Assembly (NCBI RefSeq): GCF_018350175.1
Contig: NC_058369.1
Location: 154,070,001 to 154,134,000, forward strand
Source: Felis catus
Taxonomy: Eukaryota
Reading direction: 5' to 3'
Length of the DNA stretch: 64,000 nucleotides
This document shows positions 36,501 through 48,534 of this stretch, piece after piece. Each line of letters starts with the position of its first letter. The first letter of the stretch is position 1. Below the pieces are notes generated by a model that made no database searches, was not told the DNA's origin, and saw only the letters and a program-made list of their open reading frames with translations. A program made the position numbers and the translations under genes.

Positions 36501-37590
36501 CACAGATAGCCCTCTGACAGCCTCAGGCTCTCCCTTCGTGGCCAAGTGGCCGCTGCACTTCCAAACTCCATGTGTGTGTCGTGTGTTGGTTTATTTTTGC
36601 CTTATGGTACCTCACGTGCAAAGCAGTGCGTTAATCACGTGCCTCCAATCATAGTACATGGTTCACCATCACTCAGTACAGCAACTCATTCCCTCATTTT
36701 ATTATACATTCAGTTTCTCCTTCCTTCCTTAGTCCCCAGCGCCCTGTGTCTCATAGGTGCCCTCTTGATACGTGCCCCTTGTTATGCATGTTCACTTCTA
36801 AAATAGTGCTATTTAGTGCATGTGCAAATTTCATTTGTACGAACAGTCTGGGCCTATACATTTTGCTCTTTCCTACTTTTCTCACTTTTCTTAAATTTGT
36901 CCATGTTGCTATGTGTACATCCTGTGTGTTGCTGCTTATCACCGCGTAGTATTCCGTACTATGTATCCACCACGTTCTACATACCCGTTCCTCTGGAGGT
37001 GGATACCTAGGTTGCCTCTAATTCCCTGTTATTGCAGGAAAGGCTATAGGCCGTCTCCTGCCGATTGCCTGTTCATCTCCGCTTATTATTTGATTGCGTT
37101 GTATCCTTTTGTTATAGATAATACTCTCTTATCAGTTGTAGGTGTGCTTGATATTTTAGTCTGTAACCCCTCTTTCAACTTTGTGGAGGACATCCTGAAT
37201 TGAACAGAAAATGTTAATTTGTAATAGTCAAATTGATCTATTTGTCTACATGTATGTTGAGGCGCTTGTTAGGAGATATTTCCCTATCCCTGTGTCACAA
37301 ATATATCTTCCTGCTCTTTCTTCTATTAACTTTATAGTTTTAAATTTTCTCCGTAAAGGTATTGTTCATGTATTGATTTCTAGGTACTTTATAGTTGTCG
37401 CTTTTATGAGTGGTATATTCTTCTCCATTCGATACTCTCATGGTTTTTGTGGGTAACGAGGAACGCTGTTGATTTCTGAAAGTTGAGTTTGTGTCCAGCA
37501 ACTTTTCTGAACTCTCCTATTCCAGTAACTCATCTGATTATTTTATTAGCTTTTCAATGAAGATGATCATATCGTCTACAAAAAATGACA

Positions 37591-37700
37591 GGGCGCCTGG
37601 CTGGTTCACTTGAAGAGCATGCGACTCTTGATCTTGGGGTTGTGAATTCAAGCCCCATGTCGGGTGTCGAAATTACTGAAATCAATACATAACCTTTTCA
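37591..37700 (+). mobile_element. Short CAN-SINE inside L1
   Basis: gggcgcctggctgg head; TSD aaaatgac. Confidence 0.85.
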
Positions 37701-38398
37701 AAATGACCGTTTAATCTCCCTTCCCAATTCTTTCACTTTCGTCTTATCTTAGAGCATTAGACTGGTCCTTTAATACTATTTAAACAGTAGTGTGAAAGTG
37801 ACATCTTTGTTCCTTTGTTCCTTGTCTCAATTTTCTCAAGTGTGGTGTTTATTCTAGGTTGTTGGTATATAGATTTTAAGAAGTTAAGAAAGTTCTATTC
37901 CTAATTTTCTGGGAATGCTGATCATAAGTGTGAACTGGATTATAGCAAGTACATTCCCCCTAACCCTGATACATGATCAGCACTTCCAGAAAATTTCTGA
38001 GAAATGTATTCATAATTTTTTCATTCTTATAATCTTCATTTTCTTTGTTTTCCTCTTGCATTCTGTTTCATTTATACGCATCTTCTCCCTTGTCCTCCTT
38101 CAGTCTTGCCAGTTTTCTTCAGTCTTACTAATTTTTCAAGGAATCATGAATTTTATTGGGTGCATATATGTTCGTTACGGTGATATCTCTTTAATCTATT
38201 TTTTCCACCAATATGTAATGTCCCTCATTTTTCTTTATGATGTGTTTTGCCCTGATGTCGCAGTTATCTATATTCTGAATAATATCCCATTGTATGAATA
38301 TATCACATTTTTAATTTATCCATTTATCAGTTGATAGACACGTAGGCTGTTTGTACATTGTGGATATTGCGAATAATGCTGCTGTGAACATTTAGGTA

Positions 38399-38850
38399 CC
38401 ATACTCCCCCACCCCACCCCTGATCCAAGTGGCATACGTTCCGAGACCCCCAGGGGATGCCTGAAACTGTGGATACTACTGAACCCTCTAGATCCTATGT
38501 GTTTTCCTATGCATACATACTGATGATAAAGTTGAATTTGTAAATTAGGCACAGTAAGAGATTGTCAATAATAACTAAAAATAGAACAATTATAACAATA
38601 TACTGTAATAAAAGTTATGTGAAGATGCTCTCTCTGAAAATATCTCATTGCACCGCCCTCACCCTTCTTGTGGTGACGGGAGATGACCAAATGCCTGCAT
38701 GATGAGATGAAGTGAGGTGAATGACGTAGGCAGTGTAGCATAGCATTAGACTACCCCTCACCTTCTGACTCTGTGTCCGAAGGCAGATCATCTGCTTCCA
38801 GCCCATGGTTGACCGTGGGTGACTGAAATTGCGGAGAAGGGGGACCACTG
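38399..38850. mobile_element. Tigger2-family (Tigger2a-like) TcMar DNA transposon nested in L1
   Basis: gttccgagacccccaggggatgcctgaaactgtggata...aattaggcacagtaagagatt...gggggaccactg; degenerate TIRs; inserted at a TA and splits the L1 phrase gaacatttaggta/caggtttttg. Confidence 0.85.
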
Positions 38851-39593
38851 GACAGGTTTTTGAGTGGATGTATGTGTTCACTTCTCTCAGGTGTGTACCT
38901 AAGAGGCCATATGGTAACTCTGCGTAACTTTTTGAGGAACCACAAAACTGTTTCCCACAGTAGCTGAAACATTTTGCACTCCGACTAGCAATATGTGAGA
39001 GCTTAAATTTCTCTGCATCCTTGCCAGCACTTGATATTTTCCGTTTGTTTGATGATAGCCATCCTGGTAGGTATGAAGTGGTACCTCATTCTTTTGATTT
39101 GCATCTCCCTAATGACTCACGGTGTTGAGTATCTTTTCATGTGCTTATTAAGTGGTTAGTATATTAGGATAATTATAGTATATAGCTTAGTACATTAAGT
39201 ATAGAAGTACTTTTTCGAGGCGAGTTCCCAAAGAGACTGTTTGCTGTAAAGTCTCTGAGGCCTTGCATGTCTGAACATATTATCTTTGCATTCTCACATT
39301 TCAATGAGAGTTTAGCTGGATATAATATTCCAGGTTATTTTCCTTTATCACTTAGAAAACATGATTGCGTTTTGTCTCCAGTGTTTGTTAGAAACATCGA
39401 TGTCAATCTAATTCTTACGTTTTGTGGACTAGCTGCTCCTTCTCTCTAGCTTTTAGAATTTCATTTTTGTCTTGAATGGTCTTAAATTTCACTAGAACGT
39501 GTCAAAGTTTTAGTTTTTCCATATTTACCCTGTGTGGTGCACCATGAGATCTTTGTATTGGAATCTTTTTTATCTTTAATTTTTGAAAGTTCT

Positions 39594-39812
39594 GGGGCGC
39601 CTGGGTGGCTCAGTCGGTTGAGTGACCGACTCTTGATTTCAGCTCAGGTCATGATCTCATGGTTTGTGAGTTTGAGCCCTACCTCGGGCTCTGTCCTGAC
39701 AGTGTGGAGCCTGCTTGGGATTCTCTCTCTCTCCCCCTCTCTCTGTTCCTCCCCCACTTGTGATCTGTGCTCTCTCTCTATCAAAATAAATAGACTTTAA
39801 ATTTTTTTTTAA
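39594..39812 (+). mobile_element. CAN-SINE
   Basis: ggggcgcctgggtggctcagtcgg head; TSD aaagttct. Confidence 0.92.
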
Positions 39813-39895
39813 AAAGTTCTTAGGATTTCTGTAAATATTCCCTTTCCTAAATCTATTTCCTCTCTTTCTGGGACACATATCATACATATATTTAC

Positions 39896-39905
39896 ATCAT
39901 ATCAC

Positions 39906-39936
<31 letters not shown>
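39896..39936. repeat. (CAT)n microsatellite
   Basis: About 10 perfect CAT units plus variant units. Confidence 0.9.
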
Positions 39937-40831
39937 TCTTTAATGTTCTCTCATATTTTCCATCTCCTTCCAGTACCTTCTGAGAAAATTCCTTGAGCTG
40001 ATCTGGATCATTATTCATTTTTCAGCTATGTAGTCATTCTTGTTTTTAGCCAATCTTTTGGCTTTATTCACCTATCACGTATTTCATACCCACTATTTCC
40101 ATTTCCATGGTTCTTATAGCTGCTTGTTTGTTATTATTGTTCTCCTATCTTAGTAAGGATCTTTACCGTGCTTCTTTTAAGTTCTTGTTTTGTCTTGTTC
40201 CATTCTGGCTTGTCTAGCACGATTCGTCCCAGTTATTGTCTCTTTTGTGGTGACTCTACTCCTCAAATATCTGATGATTTTCACTTGGGAGCTTGTTTTG
40301 TCCTGGGCTGATAAACAGCTTTTTTAGCTGGTGATGTATATACCAAGGGGAGAGGCCAAGCACCCTAGCATATGCTTTTAAGAAGTGGGTTGGGAGCCTC
40401 AGGAGCATTTCCCAGCGCAAAGTCCCAGGTACCAGAGTCAGATTTTGACCCACACTGTGGGTCCAGTCACATGGGTCATTATTTTCTGCAAACTTGCTCA
40501 CAGTGGCTTATTTCTGTATATTTGGTGATTTTTTAGTATATATCCCTGCACTTTATAACTTCAGCTCTGGGCATTCTTCGAAGCCTAGATTTTTATAAAG
40601 TATGTTCCTCTAAAGGGCATTTGAGTTTGCTTCTTCCAAGCTCCTAGGAACATTACCAACCCAGGACCACTTCAAACTAAATGTTAGCTTAGGGATTTCA
40701 GGGCCTCAGAGATAGGATGAATTTCAGCCACAAATGCATGTGAATGGTTATTGCTAGTAGTTAGGAACTTTAGAAGAAGGCTCTCCACCCTGCTACCCTA
40801 CCCTGAGCTGAGATTAAAACAGAAGGGTCTC

Positions 40832-40931
40832 AGGGCTCCTGGCTGGCTCAGTCAGTAGAGCATGCTACTCTCTGACTTAGGTTGTGAGTTTGAGTCCCAC
40901 ATTGGATGTAGAGATTATTTAAACAATAAAA

Positions 40932-40968
<37 letters not shown>
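40832..40968 (+). mobile_element. Short CAN-SINE with (AC)n tail
   Basis: ctcctggctggctcagtcagtagagcatg head; about 16 AC units. Confidence 0.85.
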
Positions 40969-40970
<2 letters not shown>

Positions 40971-41382
40971 CAGAAAAGTCTCTTCTTGGTGAAGTCAGGG
41001 ATATTTTTTTCATTCTCACCAATGAGGCCAATGTTAGGGGTTCCATCATTTTGTAAGACTTTTTGATCTGACTCCCACCATGCTAGTCTGAGGCCGTTTT
41101 TCCCTTCTGTCTACAGTAAATTGAAATCCCGACTGTAGACCACCAGGGATCAACAGATAGGTATCTTCAGGGCAAATCAGTGCTCATTTTCCTATTCCTC
41201 CTCCTTCCTCACCTCTGGCTACTCTGGCTCCCTTTGCTGTCAGCTCTGTCATGCTCTGAAAAAGTGTTTTTATGTGTTTGTTAAAATTTCACTCAGTGCT
41301 TAAGGCGTTTTATATTGAGAGATTTCTCTGCAAGCCTAATCTTTCATAATGTCAAAAACAAAAGTCCTGTATGTATTTTGTA

Positions 41383-41604
41383 TAAGCTCATTATCTCTCT
41401 ATGTAAATATATAATATGCAAACATTAGTATTGAATATGAAATTATAATATATATGCTACGTAGTATTTAATTCTATATGAACTGTACATTCACATAAGC
41501 TAATTATCTATGTAAATATATAGTATGCAAACATTAATATTGAATATGAAATTATAATATATATGCTACTTAGTACTTAATTCTATATGAACTGTACATT
41601 CACA
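41383..41604. repeat. About 110-bp AT-rich tandem duplication (2 copies)
   Basis: 41383-41495 and 41496-41604, both taagct...ctgtacattcaca, with few differences. Confidence 0.95.
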
Positions 41605-41845
41605 GTCCATTTCATAAGTCAGACTCTTGCAGATCACCTACAGCGCATCAGGTGTCCTGATGTAAGAACAGGAGTTCCATAAGGAGGAGGGGTTGACAGT
41701 GGTGACTTCATTTACTAAAACGGCACTCTTTCTGTGTCAGTTTCACCAGAAACCCCAAAGGCTGAGAACCAAACCATAGGCGCCAATCTGTCCACATTCT
41801 AAAGGGAGGAGGAGCCAGATCACCTATGCACCCACCCTAAGAGGT

Positions 41846-42904
41846 TGTGAAATGGACCCCGGGAAGCACTAGCTCAATACTGGGAAGGATTAGCTCGGCA
41901 TCCACCTCAGGCTATGGAAGAGAATGTGAGAGGATTTCTTTGGAAGTAGCTGTCTGTATGCTGGACGTTTCCCCTTCTCCCCAAGCAGGGGAGGGTGGGG
42001 GGTGCTCCCTCTTTGCTTCAGGCCAAATGAGGGGGCGCTTCAAGAGGACCACCCGGGGAGTTTGATACAGCCTGCGGAGTTTCAGGGACAAAGGGACTGG
42101 TGTCTGACTTCTTCCTAAAGTCTGAAGACAAACTGTCGGTGGCTGGCTCCTTGAGAAGACAGAAGAGGAGAGAAGACTGCGCTCCAAATGGCTTGCACGC
42201 CCCAAGTTCCTGGGTTCCCGAAGGCTTGCTGTGCTTCTTGAGAGAGGCAGGCAGGTTTGGCCATTTCAAGAAGGAGTCCGGCCAAAGGGAACACCTGGAG
42301 GGAGGAGATGACATCAGTGGCAGGGAGGCTGCTGGAGACCGAGGGGCTGGGGCAGGCACCCTAAGGACCTAGAGACGGCGTGGCCCACAGGGGGACGACA
42401 GGTGCGAGATCCCCAGTGATGGATGGAGACTCGAGAACCCGTGAGGAAGCGCCTGTGGGACAAGCAGCCATGGCTTCTCCTACTCCCAGGGGACACCGGC
42501 GCCAGCTTACAAGTCAGCCACTCACGTGAGACTTACCCCCTCTCCTTCCCCTGCGGCCACACGAGAGCAGGCCCGGAACAGCCACGAGTGGGAAGAGGTC
42601 CTGTGCGAGAAATCAAAATGACGCTGACCGTGACCCCCGTTCTCCCTCAGATTTCCGGGCCGGGGAAGGGAAGAAGTTTTAAAATTAACTGACATTTGAA
42701 GTTTTGATCGATCACTCGATGAGACTTGTTGATAGCCAGAACAAGAGACTATTTCTGAAATGATGATGATGACAACTCTTTGGCCTGTTTGTTACTTTGC
42801 AGAGACTGGAAAAGCTGTAAATTTCATCCAGGCACACGGGAGACCAAACCATGACCTCAGGTTTGTCGGGGCGTTCACGAGAAAACAGTTACTTTCTTTT
42901 TACA
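41846..42904 (+). mobile_element. Probable ancient solo LTR (LTR78-like)
   Basis: Starts TGTGAAATGG and ends TACA; purine-rich; gggaagaagttttaaa...gaagtttt segment resembles LTR78; family recalled only. Confidence 0.4.
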
Positions 42905-43575
42905 CAAGTCTGGCTTGTTCCAGGAACAGGTTGCCTTTGAAGAGGTGACCAGCCGATCAGGGGGATGGAGACGAGATGTTGGCCAGGTCCTCCAGCCCTC
43001 GTGGCTCATTTTCCAGCCGACGGCAGTCTCACCTTGTCAGTGAGGAGTCTTATTGGGTAGAGTCTGGAGTTTTAATGTTTTACAGACTGGACTTTTTTTT
43101 TTCTCCAAACCAAAGAAACACCGCCAATTGTCCTGTTATCTCTTGGAAGAGCTGCGTGAACTGCCGCCGATCTCATGCTGGAAAGGAAGCCTTCAGCCAG
43201 GAGGTCCGCAAGCAGCAGGGGTTGAGAGCGATACATCGCGGCTCTCTCTGCCTGCATCTACGGGTCAGCTCGCCTGTTAACAGTAACAGTCACATTTGCT
43301 CCTGAGTATTATAACGTACTGAGCTGATACGCTACAGGATGTCATCAGTTAGGTTAATTGGATGAAAAGTAATACCTTTACATGGAAGAAACTATTACGT
43401 AATGCAAAGTAGTCATGAAAATCCCGTACACCACAAAGAGACCGAGTGATTCGCTTGCTGCAAAGTATCTACCAGAGTGGCCAAACTTAAAAATGGCTCT
43501 TTTTCGTTTACCGAAGTGTTTCTCAATTGCTCTCCTTTTCTGTGACGAGGCTATCAGGAGTGTGCCGCCCGTGAG

Positions 43576-44097
43576 GTCTGCAGTCTGTTTTTTGACAGCC
43601 CGCACTCATTCCCATATCCCTCTGTGTCATGCCCTCTCTGTGTCACAGGGACTGGACTTACGGGAACTACATCTCCCAAACTCCTTTGCCTTCCAGGTTC
43701 TGGATGTCATTTCTTTCTGCCAGGGTATTCATGTGAGATTTTTGTAGGTGGGAGGAGAAAGTGGTGTTATTTTTTTCTCTGGCAGCACCTTGCAAAGTGG
43801 GTAGGTCCCGGGAGACCTGAAGCTCCGCCCCAGCCTCTAGGTGACCTGTCAGCCGGCGCGTCAGTACTCGGCTCAGCTCGGATGAGCACAGGGGGCGCCC
43901 TGCATTCTTCTGACCTGGGTGACGGCAGCGACCTTCTAGTGACTGCTTAGAACTGCTGAACGTTAGTGGCAACTTCCCCAAACTCCGGCAGTCCTTCCCA
44001 TAGTGCCGCAAGCATCCCAGTGCCCTGCACTCACTTCCTGTTTGCTTGAACAGCCTGCAGTGGGTTCTCTCTTGGTGACTGACCCCTGATGGTCACA
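43576..44097. mobile_element. ERVL-class solo LTR (LTR33/41/50 group)
   Basis: aactacatctcccaaactcctttgcc...ggttctgg and terminal gtgggttctctct...gactgacccctgatggtcaca. Confidence 0.55.
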
Positions 44098-44602
44098 GCG
44101 CCTACCTAGCTGATATTGTGAAAGAAACGAACATGCCTAATGGGTCTCGTTGAGTTAAAAGTAAGTTTTTAAAGTGATGAATGAGGCCCTGACTGCCTCT
44201 TTACAAAAAATTCATGCTATGAAGAGAGAAATTTCAGAATCGATCTTGAGAAATATTTATCACTATGTGATTCTGTGGCCCCAAATAATGTGTTAAACCA
44301 ACATTTTCAAAATATTGAAACGTATTGAATTGCATTGTTTTCAATAAAGGAAACAATAATCTTTCTTTACTGAGAGAAATTAGGACTTTTTTACTGTTAA
44401 TAAATAAAATAAAAATATTTTCCAAATATTGTATATTTCATTTTTTTAAAAGCATCCTTTTAATTCTGTTTTGTGCATAGTTTCAATGTGCGTGCTACAT
44501 TCATGCAGTAGTGCATGTGTATGGTTTAAAAGTAAATACAAAGACTTATGGGGGAGGCACAAGATTTTTACCACTATGGATACACCATCAAAAAAGTTTA
44601 GA

Positions 44603-44750
44603 GGGGTTGCCTGGCTGGCTCAGTCAGTAGAGCATGCGACTCTTGATCTCACAGTCGTGAGTTCAAGCCCCACGTTGGGTCTAGGGTTTACTTACTTACA
44701 TAAATGAATGAATGAATGAATAAATAAATAATAAAGTACTATCATTAAAA
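44603..44750 (+). mobile_element. Short CAN-SINE with (GAAT)n/(AAAT)n tail
   Basis: gcctggctggctcagtcagtagagcatgcgactcttgatctc. Confidence 0.88.
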
Positions 44751-45088
44751 AACTAGAAATCAGTGCTTGGGACACACATCTAAAGTATCACCACTGATGG
44801 AAGCCAGCAGCTACACATATATATTCTCTCAGATACACCCTCTTTCATTGGTCCTGGCTCTTTCCCACCAACAATTTCCCCGGATTCCTGTGTGGCTGAC
44901 TGGCTTGGCTACCCAGCTCCAGTTGCAAAGTTAAGACTGAACGCTCTGGGTCTGTTCCCACAGTTTCACTGGCCACAGAAAACATCCTAGAATCCCTTCC
45001 TCCTTCACGGAGCTTGAAGGACCAGAACAGTATCCTCACAATGGTTGGGGAATGGAGGTTGGGTCTCTACTTAAAAGCATGGGCACTA

Positions 45089-45213
45089 GGGTGCCTGTGT
45101 GGCCCAGTTGGTTAAGTGGCTGACTCTTGATTTCACCTCAGGTCCCCATCTTGGGGTCATGAGTTCAAGCCCCATGTTGGGCTCCATGCTTAGCATGGAG
45201 CCTACTTTTAAAC
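45089..45213 (+). mobile_element. Short CAN-SINE
   Basis: TSD aag(c/t)atgggcact. Confidence 0.85.
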
Positions 45214-45403
45214 AAGTATGGGCACTGTCCCACCCCAATACATGCACACACACAAGCTGACTATGCTTACACCATTTGTGTTTCTGCTCAAATGTCACCA
45301 AGTCAGTGAAGACATCCCTGAACACATTATAAAGCAGCAGGTCCCAACCCCCTGCCCCAGTTTTACTTTTCTCCATAGCACTCATCACCATTTGGTAAGT
45401 TTT

Positions 45404-45620
45404 TTTTTCAATTTTTTTTTTCAATGTTTATTTATTTTTGGGACAGAGACAGAGCATGAACGGGGGAGGGGCAGAGAGAGAGGGAGACACAGAATCGGAA
45501 ACAGGCTCCAGGCTCTGAGCCATCAGCCCAGAGCCTGATGCGGGGCTCAAACTCACGGACCGCGAGATCGTGACCTGGCTGAAGTCGGGCGCTTAACCGA
45601 CTGCGCCACCCAGGCGCCCC
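45404..45620 (-). mobile_element. Youngest-type SINEC_Fc inserted in an L2 remnant
   Basis: Perfect 17-bp TSD accatttggtaagtttt (45387 and 45621); L2-like flanks at 45250-45790. Confidence 0.95.
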
Positions 45621-46129
45621 ACCATTTGGTAAGTTTTGCTTTACCGGATTATTGTCTGTCTTCCCCTTTCTAGAACGGAAACTTCACTGAGTATCAAAGC
45701 TTTACCTACTCCGCTTGCTTTTGCTTCCTCAGCATTTGGAAGAGTGACTGACTCATGGCAGATGCTCACTAAAAATTCAAAGAATGATAAAATACTCGCT
45801 TTTCCCAGCCACCCTTGACCAAAACAGGGGGACATGACCCAGGCCATGCTCATCAGAAGTACTCACCCCAGAATGGGACTCTTAGGAAAATACTTCATCC
45901 ATTCCGGCACAAGTGAGAGCAGAGAAACCAGCCAAAACCAGTGTCCCGGAGCAGCAGCTTTGGTGCTGGCGCCCAGTCCCTGTCCATGGTCATTGTGTCT
46001 GCATTGTGAAGCTGTAGCAATTATGCCTGGTGGTGTTTGCACTGGATCAGATCTGGGGCAGGATAGTGGGTGAGGTTTCTGAGCCTGGTCTCTGGCCTTA
46101 CTAGGAAATTCTGAAAATTATCCAGCATC

Positions 46130-46348
46130 TTTTTTTTTTTTTTAATGTTTATTTATTTCTGAGACAGAGAGAGACAGAGCATGAACGGGGGAGCAGCAGA
46201 GAGAGAGAGGGAGACACAAAATCAGAAGCAGGTTCCGGGCTCTGAGCTCTCAGCACAGAGCCCGACGCAGGGCTTGAACTCGCAAACGGTGAGATCATGA
46301 CCTGAGCCGAAGTCGGTCGCTCAACCGACTGAGCCACCCAGGCGACCC
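46130..46348 (-). mobile_element. CAN-SINE (SINEC_Fc)
   Basis: TSD ccagcatctttt. Confidence 0.93.
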
Positions 46349-46404
46349 ACCCAGCATCTTTTTAATAAAAATCCTTTTTCTGCTGTAACTTTAAAAATGA
46401 TTTA

Positions 46405-46600
46405 ATATGCTTTGGAGTCAGATTGTCTGAGGCCAAATACCGGTTTTCCACAGACCAGTTAATAATGTTGACTAACCCATGGAGCTATTCTGAGATTATT
46501 CCCACATTTCTAAGTGGGAAAAATCAGTACTACCTCATAGGATTGTGGCGAAGGTCAAATGGGACATTGCCTGCAAAGTCCTCCGGGACGCAGTTCACGC
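46405..46600 (+). mobile_element. MIR
   Basis: gctttggagtcaga...gtactacctcataggattgtggcgaggt-like core. Confidence 0.7.
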
Positions 46601-46604
46601 ATTC

Positions 46605-46893
46605 GCAACCCTAAGCTATGTAAGGCCAACAGAAGTGTTCTGTTTGGTAATTTATTGTTTTTAACTTGATTGCTAATGTTGAAAAGTCAGGGCACTGCGT
46701 AAAAATGCTGGATTTACAACTATTGAAAAATCAGAAGCTCTGGCAACACTGGGTCCACGTGCCGACTTCACACCAAATGAGACTGAGCCGAAAGCGTCCA
46801 GCTCCTTTGCGGGAAGTAGCCGCCCACCTGGCCTGATTTATTCTTGTGTTACCTGCCTGGTCTCTGCTGTAGGGTTTCGGGGTTGTAGCCCTG
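46605..46893 (-). mobile_element. MER102-like hAT-Charlie element
   Basis: aaatcagaagctctggcaacactgggtccac...gttacctgcctgg...ctgtagg...gttgtagccctg. Confidence 0.7.
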
Positions 46894-46974
46894 TAACTAG
46901 GAATACAAAGATTTTCTAAAGCTGCAAAACTGAGAAATTTGGCTAAATCGTCTCTACAAACTTTTCCAGACTGA

Positions 46975-47480
46975 TTCGGTGTTTTGTTGCTGCACAGTAA
47001 TCCCAAAACTTAGTGGAATTATTCCCACACAACAGCCATCTTATCATCTTCAATGATTCTTCGGGTTAACTGGGTTTAGCAGGGCAAATCTCTGCTTCAG
47101 CTGACACTGGCAGAAACTGTGGACATCTGGACATCCGAGATGGTTTATTCACATAGTCGGCAATCGGTGCTATCAGACGAGAGCTCACCTGGGTCTATCC
47201 CAGTACCCCTCCTTGTGCCATGGGGTTTTCATAGCATGGTAGCTAGCCAAGAAGCAGGAAGTGAAAGTTGCCGGTTTTAAGACCTGGTGTTCTACAGAAG
47301 TTCCAGAATGTCACTTCTGCTACATTCTATTGGTCAAAGGTAGTCACAAAGCCAGCTCAGATTCAAGAGAGGGAAGGGTACGTGGGACAGGAAATAAGCT
47401 TCACCTCTTGATGTAGGGAGCAACATATGTATAAAAAGAGAAGACTGCTGGAGGGCCATCTTTGGAGACTAATGGCTACA
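46975..47480 (-). mobile_element. MaLR LTR (MLT1F/G/H-like)
   Basis: cccaaaacttagtgg...tgtcacttctgctacattctattggtcaaag...cagattcaag...ggccatctttggagac...taca. Confidence 0.85.
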
Positions 47481-47706
47481 TATACATATACATAAACATT
47501 TCATGAGTATTCACCCTTTCCTAGTGTAAGAATGGCCTAGAGAAGAAGAGTCTCTTGGCCACGCAGTAAAAAGGAATTCACAATTAGTTATTGCCCGTAT
47601 ACAACATAGCAGGTTATTGAAGACCTACTTCCAAAACATTCTCCCAATTCCTCAGAGCTGGTTTAAATTCGCTACATTTTAGAAAGCTGGTTAAACAAAT
47701 TTATAT

Positions 47707-48089
47707 TGGTAAATAACAAAAATTCAGCCGAGTAAATCTGAAAGATCTAATCAACTTAGGAATCAGGCAGCATCCCCTCTAGCAAGTATAGGGGAGTTCC
47801 AAAGGGCTACAGAAAAGGAAAGGTTTTTAAAGGTAGAGAGTTGAAAAAAGGAAATTATTAGCTAAGAATCCATTGTTTTAGGCAAGGTTGCCCTCCTAAG
47901 GGGAACAGATGGGGTCTATCAGTAAATGTCTCAATGCTGACCAGGAAATTTCTGCATTGACTGGTTATAGGTTCCATTTGGGAGGCGGGGGGGGGGGGGG
48001 GGGGGGAGCTAGGTGTTAATTCTTGGTTTAGTGACTTGCAGGCTTAACTAAACGACACCATTTTTGGCCTGTGGTTTTTCTCTTTAACA
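47707..48089 (-). mobile_element. ERV1-class carnivore solo LTR with an internal poly(G) run
   Basis: Minus strand begins TGTTAAAGAGAAAAACCACAGGCCAAAAATGGTGTC; other end aaataacaaaaattcagccgagtaa; G run at about 47987-48006. Confidence 0.65.
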
Positions 48090-48155
48090 ATGTTCAGAGA
48101 AGAATAACTGATAGCATTCTCCCCAGCCCCTACTGCAGATGAGATGTGCCTTTTA

Positions 48156-48281
48156 TTTTTATTTATTTATTTAAATGAAATTTATTGTCAAATTGGTTTC
48201 CATACAACACCCAGTGCTCATCCCAAAAAACACCCTCTTCAATACCCATCACCCACCCTCCCCTCTCTCCCATCCCCCATC
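48156..48281 (-). mobile_element. 5'-truncated felid L1 (L1_Fc-like) 3' end
   Basis: gaaatttattgtcaaattggtttccatacaacacccagtgctcatccc; perfect TSD agatgtgcctttta (48142 and 48282). Confidence 0.9.
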
Positions 48282-48310
48282 AGATGTGCCTTTTAAAATC
48301 ACATACTTGT

Positions 48311-48534
48311 GGGGCGCCTGGGTGGCGCAGTCGGTTAAGCGTCCGACTTCAGCCAGGTCACGATCTCGCGGTCTGTGAGTTCGAGCCCCGCATTGGGCTC
48401 TGGGCTGATGGCTCGGAGCCTGGAGCCTGTTTCTGATTCTGTGTCTCCCTCTCTCTCTGCCCCTCCCCCATTCATGCTCTGTCTCTCTCTGTCCCAAAAA
48501 TAAATAAACGTTGAAAAAAAATTAAAAAAAAAAT
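48311..48534 (+). mobile_element. Youngest-type SINEC_Fc
   Basis: ggggcgcctgggtggcgcagtcggttaagcgtccg head; TSD aaaatca(c/g)atacttgt (48295 and 48535). Confidence 0.95.

Larger units (their letters stand above)
36480..39560 (-). mobile_element. Mosaic of old L1 fragments (includes an L1MB-like 3' part at 38270-39150)
   Basis: aataatatcccattgtatgaatatatcacatttt...tttttgaggaaccacaaaactgttttcc...gaagtggtacctcatt...atcttttcatgtgcttatt. Confidence 0.8.
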
